NCBI GenBank assembly: GCA_963772515.1
Contig: CAVYXC010000004.1
Location: 361,131-425,130, forward strand
DNA length: 64,000 bases
DNA from: Vulcanimicrobiota bacterium
Lineage (GTDB): Bacteria; Vulcanimicrobiota; Vulcanimicrobiia; Eremiobacterales; Eremiobacteraceae
Reading direction: 5' to 3'
Shown: piece by piece, positions 9,566 through 22,932 of the stretch
Position numbering within the stretch: position 1 is the stretch's first letter
Layout of the letters: every line of letters starts with the position of its first letter
Notes under the pieces: generated by a model
The model's database searches: none
What the model was told of the DNA's origin: nothing
What the model saw: the letters and a program-made list of their open reading frames with translations, nothing else
Translations under genes and position numbers: made by a program

Positions 9566-10464
9566 CGTATCCGGATCGGGTGACCGTCGTCGAGGTCGGG
9601 CCCCGCGATGGTCTGCAGAACGAACGCGTCGAAATCGCGACCGACGTCAAAGTGAGCTTTATCGACGCCCTCTCGGACGCCGGACTGCCGGTGATCGAAG
9701 CCACCTCGTTTGTGAGCCCGAAGGCGATTCCGCAGCTGGCTGACGCGGATCAGGTGATGCGCCGCATCGTGCGGCGCCCCGGCGTGCGATATCCGGTGCT
9801 AGTCCCCAACGAGCGCGGTCTGGAGCGCGCGCTCGCGGCGGGCGCGACCGAGATCGCGGTCTTCACGGCTGCCTCCGAAGAATTCAACCGGCGCAACATC
9901 AACGCGACGATCGACGAATCGATCGACCGCTTCGTACCCGTGCTGGCGCGTGCCAAGCGCGACTCGATACGCGTGCGCGGCTACATCTCGATGTGCTTCG
10001 GCTCGCCTTTCGATGAGACGATCGCACCGAAGCGCGTGCTCGAGGTAGCGCGGCGCTTGGATGCGCTTGGCGTCGACGAGATCAGTATCGGCGACACGAT
10101 CGGCGTAGCGACTCCGAACCAAGTCGCAGACCTCGTCGCGATGCTGACCAAAGACATCGACGTCGGCCGGCTCGCGATGCACTTCCATGACACACGCGGC
10201 ACCGCGTTGGCCAACGTGTTGGCCGCACTGCAAGCCGGCATTTCGATCTTCGATTCATCAGCCGCCGGCTTGGGCGGCTGCCCGTATGCGCCGGGTGCGA
10301 GCGGCAACCTCGCCACCGAGGACTTGGTCTACATGTTGCACGGCATGGGAATCAAGACCGGCGTGTCGCTCGAGGGGGTGGTCGCCGCGTCCACCTTGAT
10401 CGCGGCGGTGCTCGACCACCCGCCGACAAGCAAGTACTATCAGGCGGTAGCAGGCGCGCGATAA
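9562..10464 (+). CDS. hmgL: Hydroxymethylglutaryl-CoA lyase
   Basis: Internal Met of ORF 9223..10464 (MTYPDRVTVVEVGPRDGLQNE...); HMGL-like; ATGA overlap with mccA stop. Confidence 0.85.
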   Translation: MTYPDRVTVVEVGPRDGLQNERVEIATDVKVSFIDALSDAGLPVIEATSFVSPKAIPQLADADQVMRRIVRRPGVRYPVLVPNERGLERALAAGATEIAVFTAASEEFNRRNINATIDESIDRFVPVLARAKRDSIRVRGYISMCFGSPFDETIAPKRVLEVARRLDALGVDEISIGDTIGVATPNQVADLVAMLTKDIDVGRLAMHFHDTRGTALANVLAALQAGISIFDSSAAGLGGCPYAPGASGNLATEDLVYMLHGMGIKTGVSLEGVVAASTLIAAVLDHPPTSKYYQAVAGAR

Positions 10465-10465
10465 C

Positions 10466-11005
10466 GTGTGGAACACGTTAACAGACTATCTGAGGCGTTT
10501 GCCGCCCGTTCCACGAGCGGCGATGATCGGCTACTTCGCAATCGCAGGGTTGCTGCTCGCCAGCACGGTGTTCGCGCTGGTCACCCTACTCTGGCAGGTC
10601 GGCAGGATGCCGTCGGGCGGCCGCCTATTCGTTCTTGTGTTACCGCTCGCGCTATACGCCATCATGCGGTTATACAGCCATCTCGTCATGATCCCAGCGT
10701 CCATATACCTGCGCACGCAGGCGAGCGGAGGCGATGAGCCGATCGGCATGGACCGCGAGCCGGATCGAGATCGGGTGCAACAAAGGCTTGAGGCGGTCGA
10801 TGCTGTCGGCGGCGGCACGCTCGCATGGATCGACGACGGCGTCAGGGACTGGCTTGCGAAGCCGCCCGGCGCTGAAAAGGACCGCGCGCGCAACGCGCTC
10901 CTAGACCGGCTCTACGCATACTCTGCGTCCTCGACTGGCGATCACGTGCAGCGCAAAGCCGTCAACGACTTGCGACTCGCGATCAACCCTTGGGTGAACG
11001 ACTAG
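10466..11005 (+). CDS. Hypothetical membrane protein
   Basis: 179 aa, GTG start; two predicted TM helices; start sits in palindrome TAACGTGTggaACACGTTA. Confidence 0.4.
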   Translation: MWNTLTDYLRRLPPVPRAAMIGYFAIAGLLLASTVFALVTLLWQVGRMPSGGRLFVLVLPLALYAIMRLYSHLVMIPASIYLRTQASGGDEPIGMDREPDRDRVQQRLEAVDAVGGGTLAWIDDGVRDWLAKPPGAEKDRARNALLDRLYAYSASSTGDHVQRKAVNDLRLAINPWVND

Positions 11006-11009
11006 ACGT

Positions 11010-11759
11010 CTAGACCGGCACGTCGACGGTCGGCGGCACGTCCCACAACAACACTTCGCCCGAACCGCTCAACGCGACCGACGGCACGCCGCCGATCCGC
11101 ACCGCATCACCGCTGCTCAACTGCGCGCCGTTGGCCGCGACGTTTCCATCGGCTACGAACAAGAAGCCGAGGCGCGACTGCCCGAATGAATAATCGAGCA
11201 CGCCGTTGTCGAGCCGCGCGACGCGAAACGATGCGTTCTGCGTCAACGTCACCGGCGCTGTCTCGCCGGGGGCGCCGCTGGCGACGAGCAGCCACTTGTT
11301 GTGGCGATCGGCGGGTTTGAAATCGCACTGGCCGTACGACGGCTTCACGCCTTTGCGCCCCGGCAGTACCCACATCTGCACGAGGTGCAGCGGTTCAGAT
11401 GCGGACGGATTGGTCTCCGAATGCCGCACGCCCGTGCCCGCGCTCATGTACTGCACGCCGCCCGCTTTCACCGTGCCCTCGTTGCCGATGCTGTCCTTAT
11501 GCTCGAGCTGGCCGCTGAGCACGAAGGTCAGGATCTCCATATCCTTGTGCGGATGCGTCGGGAAACCCGACGCGGGCGCGATGTTGTCGTCGTTGAGCAC
11601 GCGGAGCGCACCCCAATTGAGGTTGCGCGGATCGTAGTACTCCGCGAAGCTGAACGAAAAGCACGACTTGAGCCAGCCGTGATCTGCGCAGAAGCGCTCG
11701 CCGGCTCGCTGAATGGCAAAGGTGCCTGATTTGCCTGCCATCGTCTCTATACTATCCAT
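11010..11759 (-). CDS. Pirin family protein (cupin)
   Basis: 249 aa; pirin-like motifs (GFPTHPHKDMEI..., MWVLP). Confidence 0.75.
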   Translation of the reverse strand: MDSIETMAGKSGTFAIQRAGERFCADHGWLKSCFSFSFAEYYDPRNLNWGALRVLNDDNIAPASGFPTHPHKDMEILTFVLSGQLEHKDSIGNEGTVKAGGVQYMSAGTGVRHSETNPSASEPLHLVQMWVLPGRKGVKPSYGQCDFKPADRHNKWLLVASGAPGETAPVTLTQNASFRVARLDNGVLDYSFGQSRLGFLFVADGNVAANGAQLSSGDAVRIGGVPSVALSGSGEVLLWDVPPTVDVPV

Positions 11760-11871
11760 ATGTTATCCATCGTCCGTTTGCTAGGCCGGGCGCGGGGTAT
11801 CGTCCTTCTTTCTCAGGCCAAACCCAGCGGAAAGCCCCCTGCCGTCAGAGAACGCGCGCGCTCGGAGGGCC

Positions 11872-14800
11872 ATGAAAATCGGTCACACGTCCGCGCGCGT
11901 ATTACTTGCAGCCGGCGCCATTCTCGTGTCCGGTCTATCCTCGCCCCCCGCCTCCGCGGACAGTGGCGTGCTGGGCGACCTGCATTGGCGCTCGATCGGC
12001 CCGGGCCAATCCGGCGGCCGAGTGGCCGCGGTCGCTGGGACGAACGCCGACCCCTACCTCTATTATATCGGCGCGGCCGACGGCGGGGTGTTCCGCACCG
12101 ACAACGGAGGCGTGACCTGGGACGACGTGTGGGCGCGTCAGCCGGTCGCAGCCATCGGCGCGCTTGCAATCGCGCCGTCGGACAAGCGCACCGTCTGGGT
12201 GGGCACGGGCGAGTCGAAGCCGCGCAACGACGCGTCCTACGGCGACGGCGTGTGGCGCACGACCGATGCCGGCGCGAGCTGGTCGCATCGCGGTCTCGAA
12301 CGCTCGTACATCGTCTCGCGGCTGCTCATCGATCCGAAGAACCCCGACGTCGTTATCGCGGGCGCGCTCGGGAATCCGTTTCGTGACAGCGCCGATCGCG
12401 GCGTCTACCGCACGACCGACGGCGGAGTGTCCTGGCGTCACACGCTCTACGTCGGTCCGCAAAGCGGCGCGTCCGACATGGCATGCGACGCGCATTGTCA
12501 CCTCGTGTTCGCCGGCATCTGGCAGTTCCGGCGCCAACCGTGGACGTTCACCAGCGGCGGACCCGATGACGGCATCTACCGTTCGACCGATGGTGGCGTT
12601 CACTGGAGCAAACTGACTGGCCATGGCTTACCGTCAGGCTTGATGGGGCGCATCGGGCTGGCCGTCGCGCCGAGCGATGCTCGTCGGGTGTACGCGCTGA
12701 TCGAATCTCAGCAGGGCGTGCTGTGGCGCTCAGATGACGCTGGCTCACACTGGCGTTTGATGAATCGCGACGATGCGCTCAACCAACGTCCGTTCTATAT
12801 GACCCGTCTTGAAGTTGATCCGCGCAATGCCGATCACGTGTATTTCATGTCAGAGGATCTGTTCGAGTCCAAGGACGGCGGCAAGACGTTCTCGCAGCTG
12901 AAGTCCGCGCTGCATCAAGACCATCACGCGATGTGGATCGCGGCCGATGGCACGCGCATGATCGAAGGTGATGACGGCGGTGCCCCGATCAGCGTCGACG
13001 GCGGCGTCACCTGGGAGTGGCGCTACAATATCGCGATCGGTCAGATCTACCATCTGGGCTACGACACGATGAATCCGTACCACGTTTGCGGCGGCTTCCA
13101 GGATAACGACTCGTTTTGCGGACCCGCCGATAGTCTTGATCCGCTCGGCATCCTGACCGCGAACTGGCGCGACGTCGGCAATGACAGCGACGGCATCGTC
13201 ACGATACCCGACGTGCTCGATCCCGATATTGTCTGGAACGTCGGCGTCAAGGATCTCAACGGCCAGCTCAACACGTTCTTGCTCAACGCGCGCCAGAGCT
13301 ACGACGTGTCGCCCTACGCACGCGACACCAACGGAATGGCGCTTGCGGGCTTGCCCTACCGCTTCAATTGGGAGGCGCCGCTGGCGATTTCGAGCCTCAA
13401 CCCAAAGACCGTGTACTTCGGCGGCAATGTGCTCTTCAAGACGATTGATTACGGCCGCACGTGGCAGGTGATCAGTCCAGATCTCACGCGCGACGAACCC
13501 GCGCATCAGCAGGCCGCCGGCGGCGCGGTGACGCTTGACGTCTCGGGCGCGGAGTTCTACGACACGCTGCTGAGCATCGCACCGTCGCCGCTCGACGCGA
13601 ACGTGATCTGGGTCGGAACTGACGACGGTCTGGTGCAAGTGACGCGAGACGGCGGCGCGCACTGGAGCCTCGTCGCGCCGCCTGCCCCTCCGTACGGCCG
13701 CATCGAGAACATCGAAGCCTCGCCCTTCGCAGCCGGAAGCGCGTTCGCGACCGTCGATCGCCACTTCATGGGCGACCGCACGCCCTACGTCTTCACGACG
13801 GACGACTACGGCGCGACGTGGCGTTCTATCGCAAGCGGTTTGCCCGCGGAACAGTACGCACACGTCGTGCGCCAAGACCCGCGAAACCCGGACGTCCTCT
13901 ACCTCGGTCTCGAGCAAGGCATTTGGATCTCGTTCGACCGTGGTGCGCACTGGCAAAGCTTGCAAGGCGACCTGCCGGTGACCGCGGTGCGCGACCTCCG
14001 CGTCCAGCCGACCGCCGACGATCTGCTCGTCGCCACGCATGGGCGCGGTTTTTACATCCTCGACGATTTGACGGCCCTGCAGGCATTGACCCAGGCGCGC
14101 GCAGCTGGTAACTATCTGTTCGCTCCGCGCACCACGTACGCGTGGTACCGCGGATGGTACACGATGTACGGCGTCGGGGAAGGCGAAGGCAGCGCGCCTG
14201 CGGGCCAGTTCGCGGGCGAGAATCCGTCCGATGGCGCGATCATCACGTACGAGCTCGCGGCAACCCCAGGGATGAAGCCGCAGATCAGCTTTCTCGACGC
14301 GAGCGCGCACCCGGTGCGATTGCTGGTCGGATCGGACCATCCGGGTCTCAATCGACTTGCCTGGAGCCTGACTGAAGAGCCGCCGATCAAGTGGAAGTCG
14401 GTCAAGGAATGGAACCAGGGACCTGACGACGGAGCGGCCGTTCCTCCTGGCCAGTATACGGTTCGGCTGTGCGTCAACGGCAAGGCGCTCGAGCAGCCGC
14501 TCACGATCCAGGCCGATCCGCGCGCGCCGTGGACGCAATCGGACTACGTGGCGCGCTACGTCTTCCTGCACGCGCTCAACGGCGAACTCTCGCAGATCGA
14601 CGCCGAGCTCAATACGCTCGACTACCTAACGGGAAAAGCGCCTCTCGACGCGAGGGGGCGATCGCTGTACGAGCAGCTGACCTCGAATCCGCTCAACGCC
14701 GAAGACGACCAGCACCGTCCGGATCGGCTGCGCGAACGCATCCAGATCCTACTGGATGATCCCGCGCTCTCGCAAGGGCCGCCCACGCAGGCACAACTCG

Positions 14801-14922
14801 CCGAAGCCGCGGCGATTAAATCGCAGTTCGATGTCCTGATGCCAGATGTTCAGCGCTACCTAAGCACACGCGGCGTCGCGACGCTGTACGTCACGACGGC
14901 CGACGTCTGCCCGCGCTCCTAG
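11872..14922 (+). CDS. Secreted BNR/Asp-box repeat protein (sortilin/VPS10-like or GH74-like beta-propeller)
   Basis: 1016 aa; signal peptide; at least 8 Asp-box motifs (S/TxDGGxTW). Confidence 0.7.
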   Translation: MKIGHTSARVLLAAGAILVSGLSSPPASADSGVLGDLHWRSIGPGQSGGRVAAVAGTNADPYLYYIGAADGGVFRTDNGGVTWDDVWARQPVAAIGALAIAPSDKRTVWVGTGESKPRNDASYGDGVWRTTDAGASWSHRGLERSYIVSRLLIDPKNPDVVIAGALGNPFRDSADRGVYRTTDGGVSWRHTLYVGPQSGASDMACDAHCHLVFAGIWQFRRQPWTFTSGGPDDGIYRSTDGGVHWSKLTGHGLPSGLMGRIGLAVAPSDARRVYALIESQQGVLWRSDDAGSHWRLMNRDDALNQRPFYMTRLEVDPRNADHVYFMSEDLFESKDGGKTFSQLKSALHQDHHAMWIAADGTRMIEGDDGGAPISVDGGVTWEWRYNIAIGQIYHLGYDTMNPYHVCGGFQDNDSFCGPADSLDPLGILTANWRDVGNDSDGIVTIPDVLDPDIVWNVGVKDLNGQLNTFLLNARQSYDVSPYARDTNGMALAGLPYRFNWEAPLAISSLNPKTVYFGGNVLFKTIDYGRTWQVISPDLTRDEPAHQQAAGGAVTLDVSGAEFYDTLLSIAPSPLDANVIWVGTDDGLVQVTRDGGAHWSLVAPPAPPYGRIENIEASPFAAGSAFATVDRHFMGDRTPYVFTTDDYGATWRSIASGLPAEQYAHVVRQDPRNPDVLYLGLEQGIWISFDRGAHWQSLQGDLPVTAVRDLRVQPTADDLLVATHGRGFYILDDLTALQALTQARAAGNYLFAPRTTYAWYRGWYTMYGVGEGEGSAPAGQFAGENPSDGAIITYELAATPGMKPQISFLDASAHPVRLLVGSDHPGLNRLAWSLTEEPPIKWKSVKEWNQGPDDGAAVPPGQYTVRLCVNGKALEQPLTIQADPRAPWTQSDYVARYVFLHALNGELSQIDAELNTLDYLTGKAPLDARGRSLYEQLTSNPLNAEDDQHRPDRLRERIQILLDDPALSQGPPTQAQLAEAAAIKSQFDVLMPDVQRYLSTRGVATLYVTTADVCPRS

Positions 14923-17900
14923 ATCTTCGTCGAGAGGCTGAACACCAATTGGTGGTACGGGTTGATCGAGCCCGGGCCATACGGGTAGTAGCTCTCGCCC
15001 ACGTAAGCCGGATTGAACTGGCCGAAAGGCGCGTTCGCGTAGAAGAAGTTGTCTTCGTATGAGACGACCTGTTTGCTCGCCGGGTATTCCCATGGATAGC
15101 CGCGGTTGCCGACGATCGTGAACACGTTGGTGTACAAGATGCTCGCCTTGATGTTCTTCGCGACATCATGCGAGACTGCCAGGTTCATCGTGAGCCACCA
15201 CGGGCCGTTGAACGAGCCCAAACCGTCGAATTGCTTCGTGTATGGGTCGGGCCCGTACGTCACCTTTCCTTGCGGATCGGGGAAGAGCAGCGGGTCGCCG
15301 TACGGGTTGCCAGACTGATAATTGAAAGTCGGAGAGACATCCCAGCCATGCGTTTGGTACGTCGCATTCAGGTTGATCACCCAGGCGACATCGTAGGAGG
15401 AACCGGTGTTGCCGGGCGATTCGAAGAGAGACGGCTTGTAATAGGCGTTCGGGTCGAAGAGCGGATAGTTCGTCCCGTAGGCCGAGTTGTAGTTGCTGAT
15501 CTGCGTGTTGATCGTGTCGATGAAATTAGTGCCGCCCAAAGGCGCCTCGAAGCGGATCTTGGAGTCGGTATAGGTGGCGGCAAACGTGCCGCTCCATCCG
15601 TCGCCTACGTGCGAGTCTCGTGCCAGGAATTCCACACCTGACACGCGCGCCGCGCCGAAGTTGTAACCGGTTTCGAAGGTGGGTTGCAGCGGGTTCACGG
15701 GCAGGTTGAGGATTTGGTTCCGCGTGACGCGGTAGTATGGCGACACCTTGATCGAGAAGCTGTTCGCGAAGTCGTGCTCGTACGAGGCGTCGTAGTTCGT
15801 GCTGTCCTGCGGAAGGACGTTGTGGACCGCCGTGAAGCCCAGTCCATCGTAGAAGTTGTTGAGCACCGCCACCGTCGCCGTCGCGCCCCATTGCGGCGCC
15901 GCGATGTATTCCTCGTAGGCCGTGGCCGGCGGCTGCACATATCGGCCCACGGAGAAACGAAAGACGTCGTTCGGACTCGCCGAATATGTCGCCCCGAAAC
16001 GCGGGCTGAAATAGTTGTAGGAGAGCGAGCCCGAGACGTTGGTCCAATTGCCGGCGCCGGGCAGCGCGGAAGCGCCGAACGTGCCGTCACCGGACGGACC
16101 GCTCGCGTTGAGGAAGACGGCGCAGATCTCGGTCGGTGCGTACGCATAGCCGTGCAAGCACGTGCCCGACTGGTTTTCCGCTTGCTCGGCGATCCCGTTA
16201 GGCCCCGTGATCTGCAAGGGCATGAGCGGTACGACGAAGAGGTCGTAGCGCGCGCCGATATCAAACGTCCAACGGTCGCTTGGCCGCCACGTGTCGGCGA
16301 TCGCGGCGTCCCATGACGTCGGGCTGATGTTGTTGTAGTACGCGAACGGCCCGTTGATCTGCGCGACCGCCTCGGGCGTCGCCGAGTTGTAGAAATTCGA
16401 GCAACCGTAGTCAAGGCTGCCGGCGCCGATCGAGTAGTCGACCGTTGTCGACGGGAAGCAGTTGACGAAGTCATCGGGGTAGGGGAAATTGTTGGCGTAG
16501 TTGTAGCGCAAACTGCGTTCCTGCAGATAATCGACGTCGGCGCGCAGCAGGTGCTGTTGGCTCAGCTGGTTTTGGTAGTTCGCGGTCAACCCGCCCTCAT
16601 TATCGTGCAAATCGTAGAACGAATCGCCGAGCCAAGCGTTGGTCGCTTGATCGAAGTTCCACAATGAGTAGATCGCATAGCCGTACAGGCGGAGGAACGA
16701 CGAGCTGGTCAGCGCGCGCGTGTAGCCGATCTTTTCGATCGCGGACTGCGTCCGCTGCGTGTCGAGGTAGTTCGGCGGCATGTCTCCCGTGCTGCCGCCG
16801 GCGGATGGCCAAGTAAGCGTATAAAGGTTGCCAGGGCTGGGATTGAAGAGCTGGCCGGGTCTCCCGGTGTACAGCACTCCGTATGGCCACACCATCGGCG
16901 CAGGGGGTGTCGGACATGGATTTGAGAGCGCCACCTCGTAGCCGCAGTTGGCAACGGTTGTCGGATCCACGAACGGTCCAGAGTAGAGAAACGGGTTCAC
17001 CGTCGCGCCGACCATGTAGAGCGCCTGTAAGTCGTCGGAGAGCCCGTTGTGGTCGATTGACCAATTGAGGTTGAAGACGGTGTTGGTCATCCTTGCTGAG
17101 GGATTGGGGAAGCTCGTCCAGGCGCCTTGCGAGATCGGTATGTTGAAACTCGTCGCCGTGTTCGGGCAGGTGATGTTGCCGGTCGTGAATGCGACGGCGG
17201 GGCAGCCGACGTCATTCGCGGGAATGTTGATCGTCGAGTTGTCGAGGTTGCTGCGGTTGCCGAAGTTGTATCCGCCATTGACCCACAGCGTCGAGATGTA
17301 ATAATTGAATTTTCTGTTCGAAGTGCCGCCGTACACATCGGCCTGTACGGCGTTTGTCAGTAGGGGGGTGCCGATGACCAGCGAGACGTCCGCGCCTCCC
17401 GGGTAGCTGCCACGGTGGATTATCTCATTGATATAACCCGACATCGAGCGGCCCGCGTCGGCGGGCTCGCCGCCGGTGTACACTTCAAGACTCGACAGGC
17501 CGTTGGTCAAGAAAGCCGTCGCGTTGGCCGAGTCGAACGCACGGTTGAGCGGAATCCCTTCAAGCTCGAAGCCTACCTGGTCGTTGGATCCTCCACGGAT
17601 GAAAAGCGACCCGTTGCCTGCATATCCGCCACCGGTTCCCACCGTGCGAGTGACGCCTGGGAGCGAACCTACGATGGCGTTCTGGCTGTAGAGCGTTTCC
17701 GCGCCGCCCACACTGCCTTGATACTGATTCATGGCCTGCGAGCTGACGGTGTACAAATCGCCGGTGACGCTCTTGCTCACCAAGCCGGCCGCCGCGGTCG
17801 TCGTTATCCGGCCCAGCGTCCTGATGGTCACCTGCATGACGATCTCGACACGCGCGTTCTGGTCGGCCAACACGGTGATGCCGGGAAGGGTTACGGGTGC

Positions 17901-18161
17901 ATAGCCTTCCTTCACCGCGGTCACGCGGTACGTGTCGGGCGCAAGGTTCAAGAACGAGAAGAAGCCGGTCGCGCTCGAGAGCGTCGAGGAGGCCTGTGAG
18001 GGCGATGTGACCGTCACTTTCGCTCCCGCGATGGGGGCGCCGTGATCGTTTTTCGTAGTGCCGGAGATGACGCCGGTCGTGCCGGCGTCGGCGGCGAGCG
18101 GTGCGATGGCCAATACGAAAGACAGGGCGAGCGTTAAGCCCCTAAAGCCACGAAAAAGCAT
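14919..18161 (-). CDS. TonB-dependent receptor-like outer-membrane protein with N-terminal carboxypeptidase regulatory-like domain
   Basis: 1080 aa; signal peptide; CarbopepD_reg-like N-domain; plug-like region (LFIRGGSNDQVGFELEGIPLN); very long beta-rich C-terminus; RBS GGAGGG. Confidence 0.65.
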   Translation of the reverse strand: MLFRGFRGLTLALSFVLAIAPLAADAGTTGVISGTTKNDHGAPIAGAKVTVTSPSQASSTLSSATGFFSFLNLAPDTYRVTAVKEGYAPVTLPGITVLADQNARVEIVMQVTIRTLGRITTTAAAGLVSKSVTGDLYTVSSQAMNQYQGSVGGAETLYSQNAIVGSLPGVTRTVGTGGGYAGNGSLFIRGGSNDQVGFELEGIPLNRAFDSANATAFLTNGLSSLEVYTGGEPADAGRSMSGYINEIIHRGSYPGGADVSLVIGTPLLTNAVQADVYGGTSNRKFNYYISTLWVNGGYNFGNRSNLDNSTINIPANDVGCPAVAFTTGNITCPNTATSFNIPISQGAWTSFPNPSARMTNTVFNLNWSIDHNGLSDDLQALYMVGATVNPFLYSGPFVDPTTVANCGYEVALSNPCPTPPAPMVWPYGVLYTGRPGQLFNPSPGNLYTLTWPSAGGSTGDMPPNYLDTQRTQSAIEKIGYTRALTSSSFLRLYGYAIYSLWNFDQATNAWLGDSFYDLHDNEGGLTANYQNQLSQQHLLRADVDYLQERSLRYNYANNFPYPDDFVNCFPSTTVDYSIGAGSLDYGCSNFYNSATPEAVAQINGPFAYYNNISPTSWDAAIADTWRPSDRWTFDIGARYDLFVVPLMPLQITGPNGIAEQAENQSGTCLHGYAYAPTEICAVFLNASGPSGDGTFGASALPGAGNWTNVSGSLSYNYFSPRFGATYSASPNDVFRFSVGRYVQPPATAYEEYIAAPQWGATATVAVLNNFYDGLGFTAVHNVLPQDSTNYDASYEHDFANSFSIKVSPYYRVTRNQILNLPVNPLQPTFETGYNFGAARVSGVEFLARDSHVGDGWSGTFAATYTDSKIRFEAPLGGTNFIDTINTQISNYNSAYGTNYPLFDPNAYYKPSLFESPGNTGSSYDVAWVINLNATYQTHGWDVSPTFNYQSGNPYGDPLLFPDPQGKVTYGPDPYTKQFDGLGSFNGPWWLTMNLAVSHDVAKNIKASILYTNVFTIVGNRGYPWEYPASKQVVSYEDNFFYANAPFGQFNPAYVGESYYPYGPGSINPYHQLVFSLSTKI

Positions 18162-18234
18162 GAGAACCCTCCGGCGACAATCGCAGTGCGAAGGATAATG
18201 AGCTCTTAAGGGTGCTGTACTGCCCGCGGGACGG

Positions 18235-18250
18235 TGTGACCTGCATCACA
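18235..18250. promoter_or_regulatory. CRP/FNR-type palindrome TGTGAcctgcaTCACA about 75 bp upstream of receptor-like gene start
   Basis: Perfect TGTGA-N6-TCACA match; no cognate regulator identified in window. Confidence 0.3.
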
Positions 18251-18328
18251 CCGCGGACGTACGACGCCGGAAATCCTTGCCGAAAATCTTTCGGGCAACG
18301 CTCTCAGCATCGCCCTTCGACGCGATGT

Positions 18329-18861
18329 TTATCCGAACGCGGCGCGCGCACCGATCTTGCTGCCGATCAACTCGAGCGCGTGCTCGTACTCGCTTCGGCT
18401 CGCGAAATTCCGCTTTGAGACGAAAAAATTCGTGCGGCCGATGTGCAAGAGCAAGCCCTCCGGCACCGTGCGCGCGCCTTTCACCGCCGTCCAATCGACG
18501 TGCGCCTCGCTATGCGGCGTCTTCGATTCGACGCCGTTCGTCGAGAACGTGAGGACCCGCTCGCCCGGCTCCGCGGCCAGCGTCTTCTCGATGCGCTTGA
18601 CCATCGCTGCGCGAAAGCGAAGCGGCCACATCACCGCGAGCGCGCAGGCGAAGACCGCAAAAAAGGCCCCGATGACGTATTGCTGCCGCGCGAAGATCAG
18701 CCAGAAACCAAGCGCTGCGATCGGCACACAGACGATGACCAGCAGCGCGACGAAGGCGATTCCCAATGGGCTGCGCAGGAACAAGCGGGTCTGGACGCGC
18801 GCGGCTTCAGAGGGATCGGGGTTGACGACCACCCGGATCGGCGCGGGGTCGTCTGGGGAGG

Positions 18862-18874
<13 letters not shown>
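18329..18874 (-). CDS. Membrane protein with YcxB/bacterial PH-like domain, last gene of hutH-hutU operon
   Basis: 181 aa; two TM helices then soluble domain; start overlaps hutU stop. Confidence 0.45.
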
Positions 18875-22049
<3,175 letters not shown>

Positions 22050-22080
22050 AATCCGTATCCCACCCTACACAAGGTCGTAA

Positions 22081-22099
22081 ATGGAGCGGTCGACTTTAG
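22081..22099 (+). repeat. Half copy d1 of palindromic element (ATGGAGCGGTCGACTTTAG)
   Basis: Matches left part of consensus; 11 nt upstream of full copy d2. Confidence 0.6.
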
Positions 22100-22110
22100 A
22101 GCGCCCGTTT

Positions 22111-22136
22111 ATGGAGCGGTCGAATTTATTCGACCG
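22111..22136 (+). repeat. Copy d2 of palindromic element (exact consensus) in divergent hutH/cmk promoter region
   Basis: ATGGAGCGGTCGAATTTATTCGACCG exact. Confidence 0.8.
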
Positions 22137-22144
22137 ACCGACAC

Positions 22145-22164
22145 GGCCGAACGACTTCGGCCGA
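22145..22164 (+). repeat. Variant hairpin CGGCCGAAcgacTTCGGCCG adjacent to element d2
   Basis: Perfect 8-bp inverted repeat, arms related to element arms (CGGTCGAAT). Confidence 0.5.
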
Positions 22165-22232
22165 TTCACGTTCGCGCACGAGGCGCGCGCATCCGCTCGA
22201 ACGCCGCAGAGGGATTGAAACGCCCCGATACC

Positions 22233-22928
22233 ATGAAGAAGATGGAGCCGCTCCAGATCGCCATCGATGGGCCCGTCGCGTCCGGCAAGAGCACCGTCGC
22301 CGCGCGTCTGGCGCAGCGGCTGCACTGCGCGTTCTTGGACACCGGCGCATTATATCGCGCGGTCGCGTGGCTCGCGCTCGAACGCGGCGTGGCGCCCGAT
22401 GATGAGGCGGGCATCCTCGCCCTGCTCGACCGCGAGACGCCATCGATCGTCGCCCCCGGCCCCGCGGGGCGAGCGGTCATCGTGGCCGGCGGCCGAGAGC
22501 TCGGCTCCGAACTGTTCACGACTGAGGTCTCGCGCGCGGTGTCGCCGCTCGCGGCCATGGCCGGCGTGCGCGAGCGGCTGGTGCCCGCGCAGCGTGCGTT
22601 CGCGCATAAACGCAGCGTGGTGATGGCCGGGCGCGACATCGGCACGGTGATTTTGCCCGACGCGACGGCGAAGTTCTTTCTCACCGCCGGGCTCGAGGCG
22701 CGCGTCGAGCGCCGCCTCCGCGAGCTGGAAGCGCGCGGCGTCCAGGTGGATCGCGATCGGCTGCGCGCGCAGATCGAGCGGCGCGATGCGCGCGATAGCG
22801 AGCGCGAGGCCTCGCCGCTCGCGAAAGCCCCGGACGCGATCGAGATCGATACGACCGCGATGACGCTTGACGAGGTCGTCGACGAGTTAGAACGGCTCGT
22901 GCGCGACACGCGCGCCGGCCAGGCCTGA
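22233..22928 (+). CDS. cmk: Cytidylate kinase
   Basis: Internal Met of ORF 21723..22928 (MKKMEPLQIAIDGPVASGKSTVA...); P-loop. Confidence 0.85.
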   Translation: MKKMEPLQIAIDGPVASGKSTVAARLAQRLHCAFLDTGALYRAVAWLALERGVAPDDEAGILALLDRETPSIVAPGPAGRAVIVAGGRELGSELFTTEVSRAVSPLAAMAGVRERLVPAQRAFAHKRSVVMAGRDIGTVILPDATAKFFLTAGLEARVERRLRELEARGVQVDRDRLRAQIERRDARDSEREASPLAKAPDAIEIDTTAMTLDEVVDELERLVRDTRAGQA

Positions 22929-22932
22929 CGCA

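Noticed and set aside
12850-14571. 573-aa ORF antisense to the BNR-repeat gene, and many similar long antisense ORFs (3201-3917, 4810-5511, 8845-9501, 15695-16474, 25415-26116, 38738-39742, 48973-50139, 54438-55490)
   Set aside because: Arg/Ala-rich low-complexity translations typical of GC-driven shadow ORFs opposite well-supported genes; no motifs.
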